NCBI GenBank assembly: GCA_050287085.1
Contig: JBNKBE010000004.1
Coordinates: forward strand, 254,722 to 318,721
Length of the DNA stretch: 64,000 nt
Direction: 5' to 3'
Origin: Polyangiaceae bacterium
Lineage (GTDB): Bacteria > Myxococcota_A > Polyangia > Polyangiales > Polyangiaceae
Notes under the pieces: model-generated
Seen by the model: only the letters and a program-made list of their open reading frames with translations
What the model was told of the DNA's origin: nothing
Database searches by the model: none
Part shown: in pieces, positions 42,253-53,775 of the stretch
How the letters are laid out: each line of letters begins with the position of its first letter
Numbering within the stretch: the stretch's first letter is position 1
Program-made: the position numbers and the translations under genes

Positions 42253-45200
42253 CTAAAGCGTCGGCCGCACTTCCTTCATCTCGAAGGCGGCCAGAAGATC
42301 ACCTTCCTGAACGTCCGTGACACCGAGCGAAACACCACAATCGAAGCCTTCTCGGACCTCTTTGGCGTCGTCCTTGAACCGCTTCAAAGATTGCAGGTTA
42401 CCCTCCCACAGGGAGCGTCCTTCACGCATGAGACGAATCAAGGCGTTGCGCTTGACCAACCCCTTCGTCACCATGCAACCCGCCACGACACCGGTCTTGG
42501 AGAGCTTGAAGATCTTCCGAATTTCGGCCTCGCCAATGGCTTCCTCGACCAGCTTGGGCGTGAGCAGCCCTTCCATCGTAGCGCGAACGTCGTCCAGGAC
42601 ATCGTAGATGATCGAATAGTTTCGAATCTCGATGCCTTCTTTCTGGGCGAGACTCGACGCCTTGCCAGCGGGACGCACGTTGAATCCAACGATGATGGCT
42701 CCAGCGGCCACCGCCAGATTCACGTCGCCTTCCGTTACGGCTCCAACCCCCATGTGGACGGTATGCACTCGCACCTTGTCGGTGCTCAGCTCGTCCAACG
42801 CTGCCGCCAAGGCCTCGATCGACCCCTGAACGTCACCCTTGAGAATGAGCTTGAGCTCCTTCTGGTCGGACTGGCTCATGCGCCGCGCCAGTTCCTCCAT
42901 CGATATCTTCACGGTGGCCGACATTTGCGACCGCTCCTTCGAGCGTCGGCCTTCCGCGATTTGCTGAGCCTTCTTGGGATCCGGCACCGAATTGACAATG
43001 TCTCCCGCGGAGGGGACCTCATTGAGTCCGATCACGGCAACCGGGGTTGAGGGACCCGCCTCGTTCAAGTTGCGCCCGTTCTCGTCGAGCATGGCGCGAA
43101 CGCGCCCCCAGGAAGCACCCACCAGCAGGCCTTCGCCTTTGCGCAGCGTGCCTTCGGTGACCAGCACGGTGGCGACCGGGCCTCTGCCACGGTCCAGCTT
43201 TGCCTCGATGACCGTACCAGAGGCTGGCCGTCGGGGATTGGCTCGCAAGTCGAGCATTTCACCTTGGAGCAAGATGGTATCCAGCAGATCCTCGATGCCG
43301 TCACCCGTGTGTGCCGAGACCTCCACGAACAGGGTATCGCCGCCCCACTCTTCGGGTTGCAATCCCAGCTCACTGAGCTCACGACGAACCCTTTCAGGCT
43401 GAGCGTCGGGCTTATCAATCTTATTGATCGCCACGACGATGGGGCAATTGGCAGCCTTTGCGTGATTGATGGCTTCTTTGGTCTGGGGCATTACGCCGTC
43501 GTCGGCCGCAACAACCAGCACCACGATGTCGGTACACTGGGCACCTCGAGCTCGCATCGCTGTGAACGCGGCGTGACCCGGCGTGTCAAGGAACGCCATG
43601 CGGCCCTTTGGCGTCTTCACGGAATAGGCCCCGATGTGCTGGGTGATGCCACCGGCTTCCCCAGACGCGACGCTTGTCTTCCGCAGCTTGTCGAGAAGGC
43701 TCGTCTTGCCGTGGTCGACATGTCCCATGACGGTAACCACCGGGGGACGAGGCTCGCGCCCTTCTTCGTCGCTGTCTTCAACACCCTGGGCTGCGGCAAT
43801 GGCCTCGTCATCGCTGACCGCCACATCGGAAACCGTCCAGCCAAGCTCTTCACCCACGAGCTTCGCGGTTTCGGAGTCGAGGGTGCTGTTGATGTTGACG
43901 CCCGTCATCCCGAGACTCATCAACTTCATCAGAAGTTCGCCGGCTTTGATCCCGAGCTTGGCTGCCAGCGCCTGCAAAGACACTGAGCCCTCGATCTTGA
44001 CCACCTTCTTGTGAGCCGAGCGCTCCTGAGTAACGGGCCCACCACCGGTGCGCCCACGCATAGACCCGATCCCTCGACGTGGACCAGGACCTCGCCGCGG
44101 CCCCCCGGACATCGGACCACTGCGGCCTCTCGGTCCTGGTCCTCCGGAGATAGCGGCTCCGCCCTTGGCGTCGTACACAGCGCGGCGCGGCGCTGCGCTG
44201 CGAGGTGCCTTCGGCATCGGGACGCCGGGGCGTCCTTGCCAAACGTCGATCCCGGTCTTGGGCTTAGGCGCCCCCGAGGAGTCGGTGGTCCCTGGCCTTG
44301 GAGGGGTAGTCCGAGCGGGGGCAATCCCCGCGGCCTTCGCTGCGGCCAGCGCCGCCGCAGGTCCGGCGGGTGGAGGAAAGCTCACCGGACGACGAAGTGG
44401 CGGCGACTCGCTGCTGCCGTTCGATTTGGCCGCAGCGGCTTGGGGCTTTTGCTTGGCCGGTGGGCGCTGAGCAGGCCTTGGCGCGGGGGTCGCCGCGGAA
44501 GGTGCATTCGAGGCGGGGGCTACGCCCCCATCGCTGCTGGCTATTGACTCCGCGGAGGCTTTGCCGTCAGAGGTCGCCGCTGAGGTGACACCCGAGCTGA
44601 CATCCACTAGCGCCTTGTCGTCGGGGGCATCAGCGGCCGGCCGCTGTACGGTGACTGCGGCCCGAGCAGGCTCGGCGAGCTCGCGCTGGGCGTTCATCTC
44701 AGGCTCCGGTCCGGCGCCACCGCCATCCGCTTCAACCTGGGTTTGGGGGCTCGCATCCGAGACCCTTTCCGCTGCTGCATTTTCGGCAATCTTGGCTTCA
44801 CTCACCGGCGCTTGTGTCGATGCGACCTCACCGGCCGCACTGCCCTCGCCGCGGCCGCTTGCTTCAGCTTGGGACTGAGCGGGGGGCGCTTGCAGGGCAT
44901 TGGCTTCTGTGCCGGCCGACGCAGGGGCTGGCGCCGACGCAGCCTCAGCCACCGTCATCTCAGACGGCGGGTTGGCCGCTGCCTCAGGCGCCGCTTTGGG
45001 TTCAGGACTGCCGGAAACGACGTCAGAAGTGGACGCGGGCTCCGAGGCTGGCCTGGTTTGGGGCGCAGCAGCACTCGCCGCCGCGCTCTGGGCCTCTGCC
45101 TGAGTCGCAGCCACCTGAGTTGCAGCCGCCTGCGGCGCAGCCGCGGCCTGTTCCGCAGCGGGTGCCACCTCGACGTTAGCAGGAGTCGCAACGCCCTCTG

Positions 45201-45606
45201 AGTGCTCCGACTCGGCTTCCGCCCGAGTCGCTGGGGAGGCCTCCGGTCGAGAGCGACGGGGCTCCGCGTTTGGACTGCGGCGAACCACTACCGAAGACCG
45301 AACGACCTCTTTGGTCGTCGGCGCTTCGCCGCCGGCTGAGGCTTCCGCTTCCTTGGACTCCTCCCCACCCCGCTTTCGACCACGACGAATGACCACGCCG
45401 GCACCTTTTGCCGCCACGCGCTCTTCGGGTGCCTTGTCGTCGCCCCCTTTTGAGAGATGGCGTTTTACACGCTCCACCTGCTCCGGCGCGACCACACTCA
45501 TGTGGTTACGCACCTCGGTGACTCCAAGAGAGTGGAACAGGCCAACCAAAGCCTTGTTGTCCAGCCCCAGCTCCTTCGCAATTACATACACCCGGCGTTT
45601 ACTCAT
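42253..45606 (-). CDS. infB: Translation initiation factor IF-2 (long low-complexity N-terminus)
   Basis: [13 protein letters not shown] start at 45606; [32 protein letters not shown]. Confidence 0.97.
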   Translation of the reverse strand: MSKRRVYVIAKELGLDNKALVGLFHSLGVTEVRNHMSVVAPEQVERVKRHLSKGGDDKAPEERVAAKGAGVVIRRGRKRGGEESKEAEASAGGEAPTTKEVVRSSVVVRRSPNAEPRRSRPEASPATRAEAESEHSEGVATPANVEVAPAAEQAAAAPQAAATQVAATQAEAQSAAASAAAPQTRPASEPASTSDVVSGSPEPKAAPEAAANPPSEMTVAEAASAPAPASAGTEANALQAPPAQSQAEASGRGEGSAAGEVASTQAPVSEAKIAENAAAERVSDASPQTQVEADGGGAGPEPEMNAQRELAEPARAAVTVQRPAADAPDDKALVDVSSGVTSAATSDGKASAESIASSDGGVAPASNAPSAATPAPRPAQRPPAKQKPQAAAAKSNGSSESPPLRRPVSFPPPAGPAAALAAAKAAGIAPARTTPPRPGTTDSSGAPKPKTGIDVWQGRPGVPMPKAPRSAAPRRAVYDAKGGAAISGGPGPRGRSGPMSGGPRRGPGPRRGIGSMRGRTGGGPVTQERSAHKKVVKIEGSVSLQALAAKLGIKAGELLMKLMSLGMTGVNINSTLDSETAKLVGEELGWTVSDVAVSDDEAIAAAQGVEDSDEEGREPRPPVVTVMGHVDHGKTSLLDKLRKTSVASGEAGGITQHIGAYSVKTPKGRMAFLDTPGHAAFTAMRARGAQCTDIVVLVVAADDGVMPQTKEAINHAKAANCPIVVAINKIDKPDAQPERVRRELSELGLQPEEWGGDTLFVEVSAHTGDGIEDLLDTILLQGEMLDLRANPRRPASGTVIEAKLDRGRGPVATVLVTEGTLRKGEGLLVGASWGRVRAMLDENGRNLNEAGPSTPVAVIGLNEVPSAGDIVNSVPDPKKAQQIAEGRRSKERSQMSATVKISMEELARRMSQSDQKELKLILKGDVQGSIEALAAALDELSTDKVRVHTVHMGVGAVTEGDVNLAVAAGAIIVGFNVRPAGKASSLAQKEGIEIRNYSIIYDVLDDVRATMEGLLTPKLVEEAIGEAEIRKIFKLSKTGVVAGCMVTKGLVKRNALIRLMREGRSLWEGNLQSLKRFKDDAKEVREGFDCGVSLGVTDVQEGDLLAAFEMKEVRPTL

Positions 45607-46244
45607 TGAACCTCCGACAACTCCGCCTGCCCATTCGGCACGTCTGTTGCCAGTCGCGCGACACCTATCGCGGTCAGCAGGGCCTTGGCAATGCCCGCGT
45701 CCATAAGACCGAGCACTGCCACTTCTTCTCGGCCGAAAAGAACTCCAAACCCGGCCTTCGTACCCCAAACGACACATCGCCCCCGCGCTGACCAGGCGGA
45801 GACCCAGTTTTGCTGGGCCGCGGCCCGCGCATCTGCGGCGATGATCAATAGCTCAAGTGCGGTGCCCTGTTCGCGCACCGCGTCGCTGCCCCCAATAAGA
45901 GCCCGCGCACCGCGGGCTCCGGTGAGCAATCCGATAATCTGACGCTCACTGGCCCTGGTGATCGCCCCCAGGATGGCCGCCATGGGAACCTCCACGGCGC
46001 GGCGCAGTGCCCGCTTGAAACCGTGGCTCTGCGCCCGGCCGAGGCATTCGTGCCGGGGATGGACCCAGATCCCCCGTCCAAAAGAACGGTGACCGAGATC
46101 CGCGATGACTTCTCCGTCAGCTCCCAGCACGAAGCGCAGCAGCTCCTTCTGAGCTGCACCCTGGCCGCATCCCACGCAGGTGCGCACGGGCCCCGCGATG
46201 CTGGGTCCGTTGCGCTCCTTTCGCTGCGATTGATGGCCGGCCAT
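45603..46244 (-). CDS. YlxR/DUF448 (RnpM-like) fused to L7Ae-like domain
   Basis: PVRTCVGC...ELLRFV...GRGIWVHP...C, followed by IIGLLTGARGARALIGG...LIIAADA...GTKAGFGVLFGR. Confidence 0.85.
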   Translation of the reverse strand: MAGHQSQRKERNGPSIAGPVRTCVGCGQGAAQKELLRFVLGADGEVIADLGHRSFGRGIWVHPRHECLGRAQSHGFKRALRRAVEVPMAAILGAITRASERQIIGLLTGARGARALIGGSDAVREQGTALELLIIAADARAAAQQNWVSAWSARGRCVVWGTKAGFGVLFGREEVAVLGLMDAGIAKALLTAIGVARLATDVPNGQAELSEVQ

Positions 46245-46264
46245 GGTGTGAGCGAACTCCCATT

Positions 46265-48151
46265 TCAGGTCTCGGCGGATTTCGTTGCATCCGGGGTATC
46301 CCCGTCCGCAGTCGCAGCAGCGATGGATTCCGCGCTGGCCGCAATCCCGCCATCCGTATCCTCCGGCTCGTCAACGGCGCTGTCCGAGACAGCTGCGTCT
46401 TCTTCGGTTGATACAGGTTGCTCAGCGGCGGCCTGCTCAGCGGCGGCCTGAGCCTCGTGCTCCGCTTGCTCCCGGGCGCGAGCCTGGGCCGTTTCCAGGG
46501 CAACTTGTTGACGCGCGGCTTCTCGCGCCGCCAGGCGCGCCCGGCGCGCTTCGTCACGTTCACGCTCCAGCAGGGGCAACTCTTGCTCCAAGAAGTCCCG
46601 GGCGGACTGTTGTACTGCCCGCGCCTTCTTGTTTGTCAGCCCGCTGCGGATCGACAAGCGGTCCGGATCTTCCCGCACGATGTCGCGGAGCGTCCGATAA
46701 CCACCCTCTTCCAGCAACTGCAGCGTTCGCAGTCCGACGCCGGCCACCACGCGGAGAAGCTCGCGCTCCGTTGGCGACTGTTCGCGGCTGCGGAGCTCGA
46801 CCAGTCGTTCATTTCGCAACCGGTCCATGGCCCCCTGGGCGTTTTCTTTGAGCGCTACGGCCGCATCTTCGTTGGGAATGCTGGCGAGCGACTGCAACTC
46901 GGCCACTTCGGCCTCGGCGATTTCTTCCAGTGCTCGAAAGCCTAGGCGATAGAGCTCTCGTGCAACATCATCGGTCACCTTTTCGATTTCGCGGAACGAG
47001 GCGAGCGCTTCTTCCTCGAGTGCCTTAAACTTGCTTTCGCTCACGATATCGAGCTTCCAGCGAGTCAGTTGCGAGGCGAGCCGGACGTTCTGTCCTTTGC
47101 GACCAATCGCGAGCGAGAGCTTCTCGTCTGGTACGACGAGCTCCATTCGATTGTCAGCTTGGTCAACGATGACCTTGTTCACTTCAGCCGGCTGGATTGC
47201 GGCGATGATGTAGCGAGCCACGTCTTCATCAAAGGGTACGATGTCGATCTTTTCGCCCCGTAGCTCCTGCACGACCGCCTGCACGCGGGAGCCTTTGATC
47301 CCGACACAAGCTCCGACCGGATCCACGTCGCCGTCGCGACTCGCGACGGCAATCTTACTGCGTGACCCCGCCTCGCGCGCCACGCTTACGACCCGCACGA
47401 TCCCTTCGTAGATCTCCGGAACCTCGGCTTCAAAGAGCTTTTCCACCAGGTGCGGCGAGCTGCGGCTCAGGATCACCATCGGCCCCCTCGCCTCGCGGTC
47501 GATTTCCTTCACATAGGCCACGACACGGTCGCCCGGGCGATACGTCTCGCGAGGCGTCTGCTCGCGATAAGGCAAAATGCCTTCCGTCTTTCCAAGATCC
47601 ACGATGACATTGTGGCCCTTTTCGAAGCGGCGCACGATGCCGCGAATCAACTCGCCGCGGCGGTCTTTATACTCGTTGTAGATCAGGTCCCGCTCAGCAT
47701 CGCGTACCCGCTGCAAGAGCACCTGCTTCGCCGTCTGTGCCGCGATGCGGCCGAAGGTGCTGCGGGCCTGCTCGATATTGAGAACTTTTCCGAACTCACG
47801 ATCGGACTGCTTGGCTTTATCGGCGTCTTTGGCGTGCCAATAGATGGGGAACCCCAACTCCTCGCCAAGCTCGACATCAAGCCCCTGAGCTCGCGCCGCC
47901 GCTGCGGCGATCTCGCGTTCGGGGTCTTCGACCTCCTCAACAACGGTCATGTATTGGAACAGGTCGATGGCGCCAGACGCTTCATTGAAACGTGCTTCGA
48001 GCTCGCGCTCGGCGCCAAACGCAGCCTGCGCTGCGCGCAAGATCGCCGCCTCCATGGTCTCGACCAGAATCTTCTTGTCGATACCCTTCTCCAGGGCCAC
48101 CTGGTCCAGAATATGACCCAAATCTCCGTTGAATGCGTCTGCCATGTTCAC
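46265..48151 (-). CDS. nusA: Transcription termination/antitermination factor NusA (extended C-terminus)
   Basis: [13 protein letters not shown]1 and KH domains ([26 protein letters not shown]), HhH repeats, acidic tail. Confidence 0.97.
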   Translation of the reverse strand: MNMADAFNGDLGHILDQVALEKGIDKKILVETMEAAILRAAQAAFGAERELEARFNEASGAIDLFQYMTVVEEVEDPEREIAAAAARAQGLDVELGEELGFPIYWHAKDADKAKQSDREFGKVLNIEQARSTFGRIAAQTAKQVLLQRVRDAERDLIYNEYKDRRGELIRGIVRRFEKGHNVIVDLGKTEGILPYREQTPRETYRPGDRVVAYVKEIDREARGPMVILSRSSPHLVEKLFEAEVPEIYEGIVRVVSVAREAGSRSKIAVASRDGDVDPVGACVGIKGSRVQAVVQELRGEKIDIVPFDEDVARYIIAAIQPAEVNKVIVDQADNRMELVVPDEKLSLAIGRKGQNVRLASQLTRWKLDIVSESKFKALEEEALASFREIEKVTDDVARELYRLGFRALEEIAEAEVAELQSLASIPNEDAAVALKENAQGAMDRLRNERLVELRSREQSPTERELLRVVAGVGLRTLQLLEEGGYRTLRDIVREDPDRLSIRSGLTNKKARAVQQSARDFLEQELPLLERERDEARRARLAAREAARQQVALETAQARAREQAEHEAQAAAEQAAAEQPVSTEEDAAVSDSAVDEPEDTDGGIAASAESIAAATADGDTPDATKSAET

Positions 48152-48762
48152 CTGCCGTCATTCGGCTTTTCGTTGGTTCCTGGGGCGGTCATTGCCGCGG
48201 GCTTACGTCGCGCTGAAGAGCGGCGCTTCGGCGCTCGCTGGCCAGCGGACATGTCGAGCACCAGCCGCCCGGTGAGAATCGCAGTGTAAGCTGCTTCTAT
48301 CTCTCCGTGGTCGGTGTCGACGATAAGTATTTCGTCGTCGCTTACCTCGAGCAACCGGCCGCGCACTACGCTGACGCCGTCGACCGGCGTGCGGAGACGT
48401 AGCAGGACGAGCTGATCGCAGAAGCGCTTGTAGTCCTCTAGGCTGTACAGAGCCCTTTCCAGCCCGGGCGTACCCACTTCCAAGCGGTACGCTGGGGCGA
48501 TGACATCCGCCTCGTCCAGCGCGGCCGACAGCGCGCGTGATACATCCGCGCACTCGTCGAGCGAAAGCCCTGCGCCAGGTTGCGTCGCTTCGGACCGCTC
48601 AGCGTCGGACCGCTCAATCGTCACATGCAGCACCCAGCCGCGCTGATCAGTCTTCCAAATCAGCTCGACGCCGGACACGGCGCAACGCTCGAGCACAGGC
48701 TCGATCGCCGACATGACCGCGTCGCGATCAAGTCCGGTTAGCTTTTCGAAGGCAAATGGCAT
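48148..48762 (-). CDS. rimP: Ribosome maturation factor RimP
   Basis: LDECADVSR, YRLEVGTPGLER; first gene of the nusA-infB operon. Confidence 0.93.
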   Translation of the reverse strand: MPFAFEKLTGLDRDAVMSAIEPVLERCAVSGVELIWKTDQRGWVLHVTIERSDAERSEATQPGAGLSLDECADVSRALSAALDEADVIAPAYRLEVGTPGLERALYSLEDYKRFCDQLVLLRLRTPVDGVSVVRGRLLEVSDDEILIVDTDHGEIEAAYTAILTGRLVLDMSAGQRAPKRRSSARRKPAAMTAPGTNEKPNDGR

Positions 48763-49022
48763 GAGGTTAACGAGGAGCGCTTCCGCGGCCCAGGCAGGTC
48801 ACAGGGTGACGAGTGGACGCTGTCCTTTCCCGCCATTTCCGCACCGGCCGTTTGGGCAAGGCGGAACCTGTGGCGAGAGGCCAACTCTGTCGGATGAGGC
48901 TCCGAAAAGAGGGCATAACGACGGCAGGACCGACTTCGGAAAGGAACTGGCCTTTTCGCTGGTCGCGAAAAGAGCCCAGGGGGGTTGAGGACAAGCTGCC
49001 CGGGTAAGCTAAGACAGAAAAG

Positions 49023-49054
49023 AAAAAAAAAGCGGACCCTGTGGTGGGGTCCGC
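49023..49054 (-). terminator. Intrinsic terminator/attenuator in the rimP-nusA leader
   Basis: Minus strand GCGGACCC-CACCACA-GGGTCCGC followed by T9. Confidence 0.85.
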
Positions 49055-49083
49055 GAGAGACAATCCCAAGTTGTGCGGTGCGC

Positions 49084-49112
49084 ATCCTAACCGACGTATC
49101 GTGACCTGGCAA
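49084..49112 (-). promoter_or_regulatory. Sigma70-type promoter of the rimP operon
   Basis: Minus strand TTGCCA-N17-TAGGAT, about 30 nt upstream of the leader terminator. Confidence 0.65.
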
Positions 49113-49144
49113 GAGCAGCCGTAGAGCCGCGGCCACATGGCCAA

Positions 49145-49645
49145 TCATGGGCCGGTGACGGGCGCGCAGTGAGCAATTGGGATTACCCCAGAACTGGCCC
49201 GGAGCCCGTAGCCCCCGTCCAACTCCACCAGCCAGGGCGCAAGGCTTGCCTGGGCCGCGGGTTTGAGTTCTGCCACAAGGCCCTTTCCGCGGTGGTAGGT
49301 CTGTAGGCGCTCTCCTGCTTCCCAGATCGGCGCGCGGGCTGGCTCCGTGGAACCATCCGAGAAAAGCAACACCAACTCTTCGCCTTCAGAGCGAAGGGCT
49401 TCCACCCAAAACGCCGGGGTCTCGGCCTGGAGATAGATCCAGTCGTAGCCGTTGCTGAGGATGTAGCGGCCGTTATCGGGATGACGCCGGAGCCAGCGGA
49501 AGAAGGCCTGGCGAAGCCAAGGTTGCTCGACTTCGCGGCCTTCGTGAAAGAAACGCCCCTGGCGGTCGAGCACGATCGAGCTCTCTCGGGACGCGCCGAA
49601 GGGAGCCGCCAGGCGGTAGAAGTCGGGGTGATCTCCGGGGCGCAT
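49145..49645 (-). CDS. DUF1285-like protein
   Basis: IVLDRQGRFFHEG...LRQAF...GRYIL...ETPAFWV pattern. Confidence 0.6.
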   Translation of the reverse strand: MRPGDHPDFYRLAAPFGASRESSIVLDRQGRFFHEGREVEQPWLRQAFFRWLRRHPDNGRYILSNGYDWIYLQAETPAFWVEALRSEGEELVLLFSDGSTEPARAPIWEAGERLQTYHRGKGLVAELKPAAQASLAPWLVELDGGYGLRASSGVIPIAHCAPVTGP

Positions 49646-49723
49646 CGAACCGGGATTGTATACCTTCCGCCTCAGCAGACCAGCGTCTCATGTCGTTCGG
49701 ATTTGCGTGACGAACCCACTGCG

Positions 49724-50497
49724 ATGGACGCTATACGCAGCTCCATGACCGGAACGGGAACCCCGCAGTCAAACCGTGACTACTACGACGCCTTTTCCAA
49801 GGGTTATGAGGCGCAACGCGGCAGCAATCTACCCGGCGGATACCACGAACTTCTCGATGCGCTGGAGGCTGAATACGTGGCGCGATATGGCCGCGGCGGA
49901 CGCGTGCTCGAGGTGGGTTGCGGCACCGGACTCGTGTTGCAGCGGATAGCCTCTTTCGCGGGCGCCGCGGTGGGCGTCGATCTATCGCCAGGCATGCTCG
50001 AGGTGGCCAAGGGGCGAGGGTTGGACGTGTACGAGGCCTCGGCGACGAAGCTTCCCTTCGAAGACGCAAGCTTCGACCTGACGTGTTCCTTCAAAGTGTT
50101 GGCCCATGTACCTGACATCGAAGGCGCGCTCCGAGAAATGGCTCGGGTGACGCGACCTGGGGGGTACATCCTGGCGGAGTTCTACAATCCGTATAGCTTT
50201 CGTGGCCTAATCAAGCGCTTCGGCCCGAAGCTGAGCATTGCGCAAAACAAGGATGAGGGCGACGTCTATACGCGTTTTGACACCCCGGCGCGCGTTCGTG
50301 AGCTGACGCCCCCGGGCTGCGCGTTCCTCACCGCTCGGGGGATTCGGATCGTCACGGCCTTGGGAGTGTTGCATCGCGTCCCGGGCGTGGCCGCGCTGCT
50401 CAAGACCCTCGAGCGGGAGCTGGCGGACACACGAGCTAAGCGCTTTGCGGGCTTCTATCTGGCGGTCTATCAGAAGAGCGTGCTCCAAGCGCCGTGA
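49724..50497 (+). CDS. Class I SAM-dependent methyltransferase
   Basis: VLEVGCGTG, GVDLSPGML, LPFEDASFD, RVTRPGG; start could be 49745. Confidence 0.9.
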   Translation: MDAIRSSMTGTGTPQSNRDYYDAFSKGYEAQRGSNLPGGYHELLDALEAEYVARYGRGGRVLEVGCGTGLVLQRIASFAGAAVGVDLSPGMLEVAKGRGLDVYEASATKLPFEDASFDLTCSFKVLAHVPDIEGALREMARVTRPGGYILAEFYNPYSFRGLIKRFGPKLSIAQNKDEGDVYTRFDTPARVRELTPPGCAFLTARGIRIVTALGVLHRVPGVAALLKTLERELADTRAKRFAGFYLAVYQKSVLQAP

Positions 50498-50522
50498 CGG
50501 GCGTTCCCCGGGGCGGAGCGGC

Positions 50523-51581
50523 TTAAAACGCGCCGCTCAAGCCAACGCTGAAGGCGCCGGCCTGCCAGCGCATCTGCGGCTCCAGGCTCGAGAGGGCGCC
50601 TGGAGTCTGAGAAGGGGTGCTGGCGGGTCGCAGGGGTTCTGGCAAGCTCCGGCGCCGCTCCCCGGCACCCTCCTCCGGAACGAAGTTGATCTCTGCTTCC
50701 AAGAGCCCCACGAACGCCGTGAATAGAAAAGCCCCCAACGACCACTTCTGCAGTTCGCGCCCGCGTATCAGCGCCGTGTTGAAAGGAGCGGAGTCGCGCA
50801 CGCCTTCCCCCACTATTCGGCGCTCGCCCGCGGCTTGAGCGTGTGCGTCTAGCTCGATGGCGATCCCCGTAATGACGCCGGTCACCGCCAGTGCTTCCAG
50901 GGTCAGAAACGCGCTGCCGAGCCCAACATCACCATTCTGGAACTGACCCACACCAAAGGGCACGGCGGCGATCCAGCGTTGGTTGACGTGCACCAGCTTT
51001 TCCGTGCTCGCGACTTCCTCCAGCAGCCGCACACGCTCCCGCTCTCGCTCCGCGCTAGCCGCCCGCCGCTTGGCTTCCTCGGCTGCCTGCCGGAGCTGAT
51101 CCTCCTGAGCCTTCTGGACTTCGTCGAGGAAGTCGGCTTTGACCGTGAAGAATAGATCGCGAACCTGCGACGGAAACTCGACCGGATCCGGCGAAGGCAT
51201 CAAAGGATTGGCTTCGAGCGCACCGCGAATCTGCGCCTCCGCCAGCTCGCGCTCGCCGATCGCCAGCAAACAGCTGGCGAAGAGGACACGCGCTTGCTCA
51301 GCACGCTCGTGGGAGACGTCGCCCCACCCCGTCCGTTCCAGCTGATCGAATACCTCCTGATAAGCTTGGCGACAACGATCGAAGCGCCCCTCCTGATATA
51401 GCGATCGCGCGCGTTCGAGGGCCGCGTCCGCTTCGAGTGTCGCGGGAATCACGCTTTCTTCGGCCAGGGCTCGCTCCTCCGCGGACGCCGCTGGGGGGAC
51501 CGGGGTTTGCGCCGCCGCGGAGGCACAAGTCAGCCACACACCGGCCGCAACGCAGCGAATGAGAGGAAGCTGACTCTTCAC
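50523..51581 (-). CDS. Exported TPR-like protein with coiled coil and C-terminal hydrophobic segments
   Basis: Signal peptide, ARSLYQEGRFDRC TPR-like helix, VPFGVGQFQNG; lies downstream of the kinase; start uncertain. Confidence 0.7.
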   Translation of the reverse strand: MKSQLPLIRCVAAGVWLTCASAAAQTPVPPAASAEERALAEESVIPATLEADAALERARSLYQEGRFDRCRQAYQEVFDQLERTGWGDVSHERAEQARVLFASCLLAIGERELAEAQIRGALEANPLMPSPDPVEFPSQVRDLFFTVKADFLDEVQKAQEDQLRQAAEEAKRRAASAERERERVRLLEEVASTEKLVHVNQRWIAAVPFGVGQFQNGDVGLGSAFLTLEALAVTGVITGIAIELDAHAQAAGERRIVGEGVRDSAPFNTALIRGRELQKWSLGAFLFTAFVGLLEAEINFVPEEGAGERRRSLPEPLRPASTPSQTPGALSSLEPQMRWQAGAFSVGLSGAF

Positions 51582-51714
51582 CGTCGGCAGCCTGCGCCAT
51601 CCCGCGAAACACGGCAAGACCCGGGTGCAGAAACAGGCGACGCCGCTCGCGAGCAGGTGGACTCACTACAGCAGCCGGCCGGTGCGCCCGGCGCGGTCCG
51701 AGCCGAGGCCCCTA

Positions 51715-53685
51715 TTATGGCCAGGGCAACAAGGTCGTGGCGCCGGCTCGCAGGGTGATCGAACGGCTCACCGGGGCGCTGCGATTGGCTGACTCGACCA
51801 GGGTGCACGTGCCGGTCACCGCGACCTGGCTCATCGCCACGCTGCGGTCCGCGGGCAGTCGCATGACGCCACCGAAAAGCGTAGGACAGCTCAGCTCGTA
51901 GCCCTGGCTTTCCGGCGATGTGGCGCGCAACACCGCATCCTTGAAAGGAATGCGCCCCGTCACCCATTGCGTGCCCTCCCCGGCTCGAATCACGACCCGT
52001 CGTTTGCTACCCACGCAGCAACTGTCGTTGGGGGGGACGAATTCGAACTCGTGTTCGCCGACGGTGAGCTCATGCTCGACGCCAAACCAGGGGAGCAAGC
52101 GTCCGTCAATCTTGAGGGACCCTCCGGTGGCGCCGCTCACCCGAACGGCAACTCGGCGCGATGCCTCGACGACCTGGGTTGGGGCTACCGGTCGGCGGGG
52201 GGCTGTGGGGTGCGTGGCTGTTGTCACCACGCGGCGCGGCGGTCTGCGCTCGGGGATTGTGGAACCTGCCGGCTCCGGCGCAACGCTCCCCGCGGGGGCG
52301 AGGCCGCGTGGTGGCGCCGCACTCCCGAACGGTAGCGCCGGGCTTTGCGCAGCGCCTCGTCCTGGTTCGAGGACCACCGCCGCTGGCCGTGAGGTTCGAC
52401 TGACCACAACGGCACCGCCTACGCCCAAGAGCGCGAGCACTGCGGCGCCAGCTCCCCACCATACAGCGCCCTGCAAACGCACGCGCCGCCGCAAGTGCCG
52501 AGCCTGCCCCAACAACGCCGAGTCACCGGGGCGGTAGGCCAGCGCACGACACAGTTGGGCGGTAGCCCGGGTCAGGTCTCGTCGCTCGCGGGAGAGTTGT
52601 GCGCTGGCGGCCAAGCCGCTCACGATGCGTTCCTCAAACGCCTCTCGGTAGCCCTCCGGTGAGACCATGAAAGCCCCGAATTCGACGTCGGGATCCTCGA
52701 ATCCGAGTTCGAGAAGTTCCGCCTCGATGGCCTCACCGAACGCTTGAACCGTGGGAAACCTCTGTTCCGGATCCCGCGCCAGTGCGCGCGTGATAATCTG
52801 CGACCAGACGGCGCCAATCTCGGGCCGAACCTGGTCAGCAGCGCGGTAGCGGCCTTCGAGCACGTTGCGTAACACTTGGGCGGGGTTGTTGCCGTCAAAG
52901 GGCAGCGCTCCGACCGCGGTCTCGTAGAACAGGACTGCCAGCGAGAAGACGTCTGCACGCGCGTCGACCGGCTTGCCCTCAATCTGCTCGGGGGCCATGT
53001 GGGCTGGCGAGCCCAAGACTTGTCCGGTGGACGTGACGCCCTGAGCGTCGAGCAACTTGGCGATACCAAAGTCTGTCAGCTTGACGCGTGCCCGCGCAGC
53101 CGAACGCTGCGTCGGTGAACCTTGGCTTCGGCTCGGCGCGCTGGCGGCCGGGACGTCGTTGGCTGGCGCCTGCGCGCCTTCATCCAGCAGTACTGGGCGC
53201 CGCCACTCCGGCCGCGAGGTTCGTTGCTTGCCGTCTTCGCCGACCTGTTCAACCAGGACGTTTTCGGGCTTGATGTCGCGATGGATCACGCCCTGGCCGT
53301 GGGCATGCTCCAGCGCCGAGGCGAGCTGCCGCACCAGCATAGCGGCCAACTCAATCGGCAAAGCACCACAGCGGTGGAGCACGTCTCGCAGCGTTCCGCC
53401 GCGAACGAGCTCCATGATGAGATAATGCTCCTCTTCATCGTCATCGGAGACGTCAAAGACCTCCACGATGTTGGCGTGTCGGAGCTTCGCAATCGCGCGC
53501 GCTTCACTCGTGAAACGCGCTTGAATCTCCGGACTATCTCGCAGATGACGGTGTATGAGCTTGAGTGCAACGTCGCGCCCAAGCCGCTTGTCTTCGGCTC
53601 GATATACAGTTGCCATCCCGCCGTGGCCGATCTCCTCCACGAGGCGGTACTTGGCGATGTCCGGCGGTTCGGGCGCAACTAACAT
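51715..53685 (-). CDS. Hanks-type Ser/Thr protein kinase with TM helix and extracytoplasmic domain
   Basis: IGHGGMATVY, VALK, HRDIKPEN, DFG, MAPEQ, DVFS; TM VWWGAGAAVLALLGVGGAVVV; ATG at 53685. Confidence 0.95.
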   Translation of the reverse strand: MLVAPEPPDIAKYRLVEEIGHGGMATVYRAEDKRLGRDVALKLIHRHLRDSPEIQARFTSEARAIAKLRHANIVEVFDVSDDDEEEHYLIMELVRGGTLRDVLHRCGALPIELAAMLVRQLASALEHAHGQGVIHRDIKPENVLVEQVGEDGKQRTSRPEWRRPVLLDEGAQAPANDVPAASAPSRSQGSPTQRSAARARVKLTDFGIAKLLDAQGVTSTGQVLGSPAHMAPEQIEGKPVDARADVFSLAVLFYETAVGALPFDGNNPAQVLRNVLEGRYRAADQVRPEIGAVWSQIITRALARDPEQRFPTVQAFGEAIEAELLELGFEDPDVEFGAFMVSPEGYREAFEERIVSGLAASAQLSRERRDLTRATAQLCRALAYRPGDSALLGQARHLRRRVRLQGAVWWGAGAAVLALLGVGGAVVVSRTSRPAAVVLEPGRGAAQSPALPFGSAAPPRGLAPAGSVAPEPAGSTIPERRPPRRVVTTATHPTAPRRPVAPTQVVEASRRVAVRVSGATGGSLKIDGRLLPWFGVEHELTVGEHEFEFVPPNDSCCVGSKRRVVIRAGEGTQWVTGRIPFKDAVLRATSPESQGYELSCPTLFGGVMRLPADRSVAMSQVAVTGTCTLVESANRSAPVSRSITLRAGATTLLPWP

Positions 53686-53706
53686 GAAGCACTTCGGGAT
53701 ACGGGC

Positions 53707-53721
53707 GCAAATCCTATACCA
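53707..53721 (-). promoter_or_regulatory. Putative sigma54 -24/-12 promoter for the kinase gene
   Basis: Minus strand TGGTAT-AGGAT-TTGC, exact GG-N10-GC spacing. Confidence 0.5.
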
Positions 53722-53775
53722 CGCAAGCCCCCACGCGCGCCGGCAAACGGATCGCATGTCACGAGCCGAGGCGGC

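Noticed and set aside
45607..45777. Upstream extension of infB given by the ORF track (similarly gltA 15408, gltD 11172, kinase 53967)
   Set aside because: These extensions overlap neighbouring genes or promoters; family-typical N-termini begin at the downstream starts used here.
48763..49144. tRNA-Met upstream of rimP as in E. coli metY
   Set aside because: No cloverleaf or TTCGA T-loop found.
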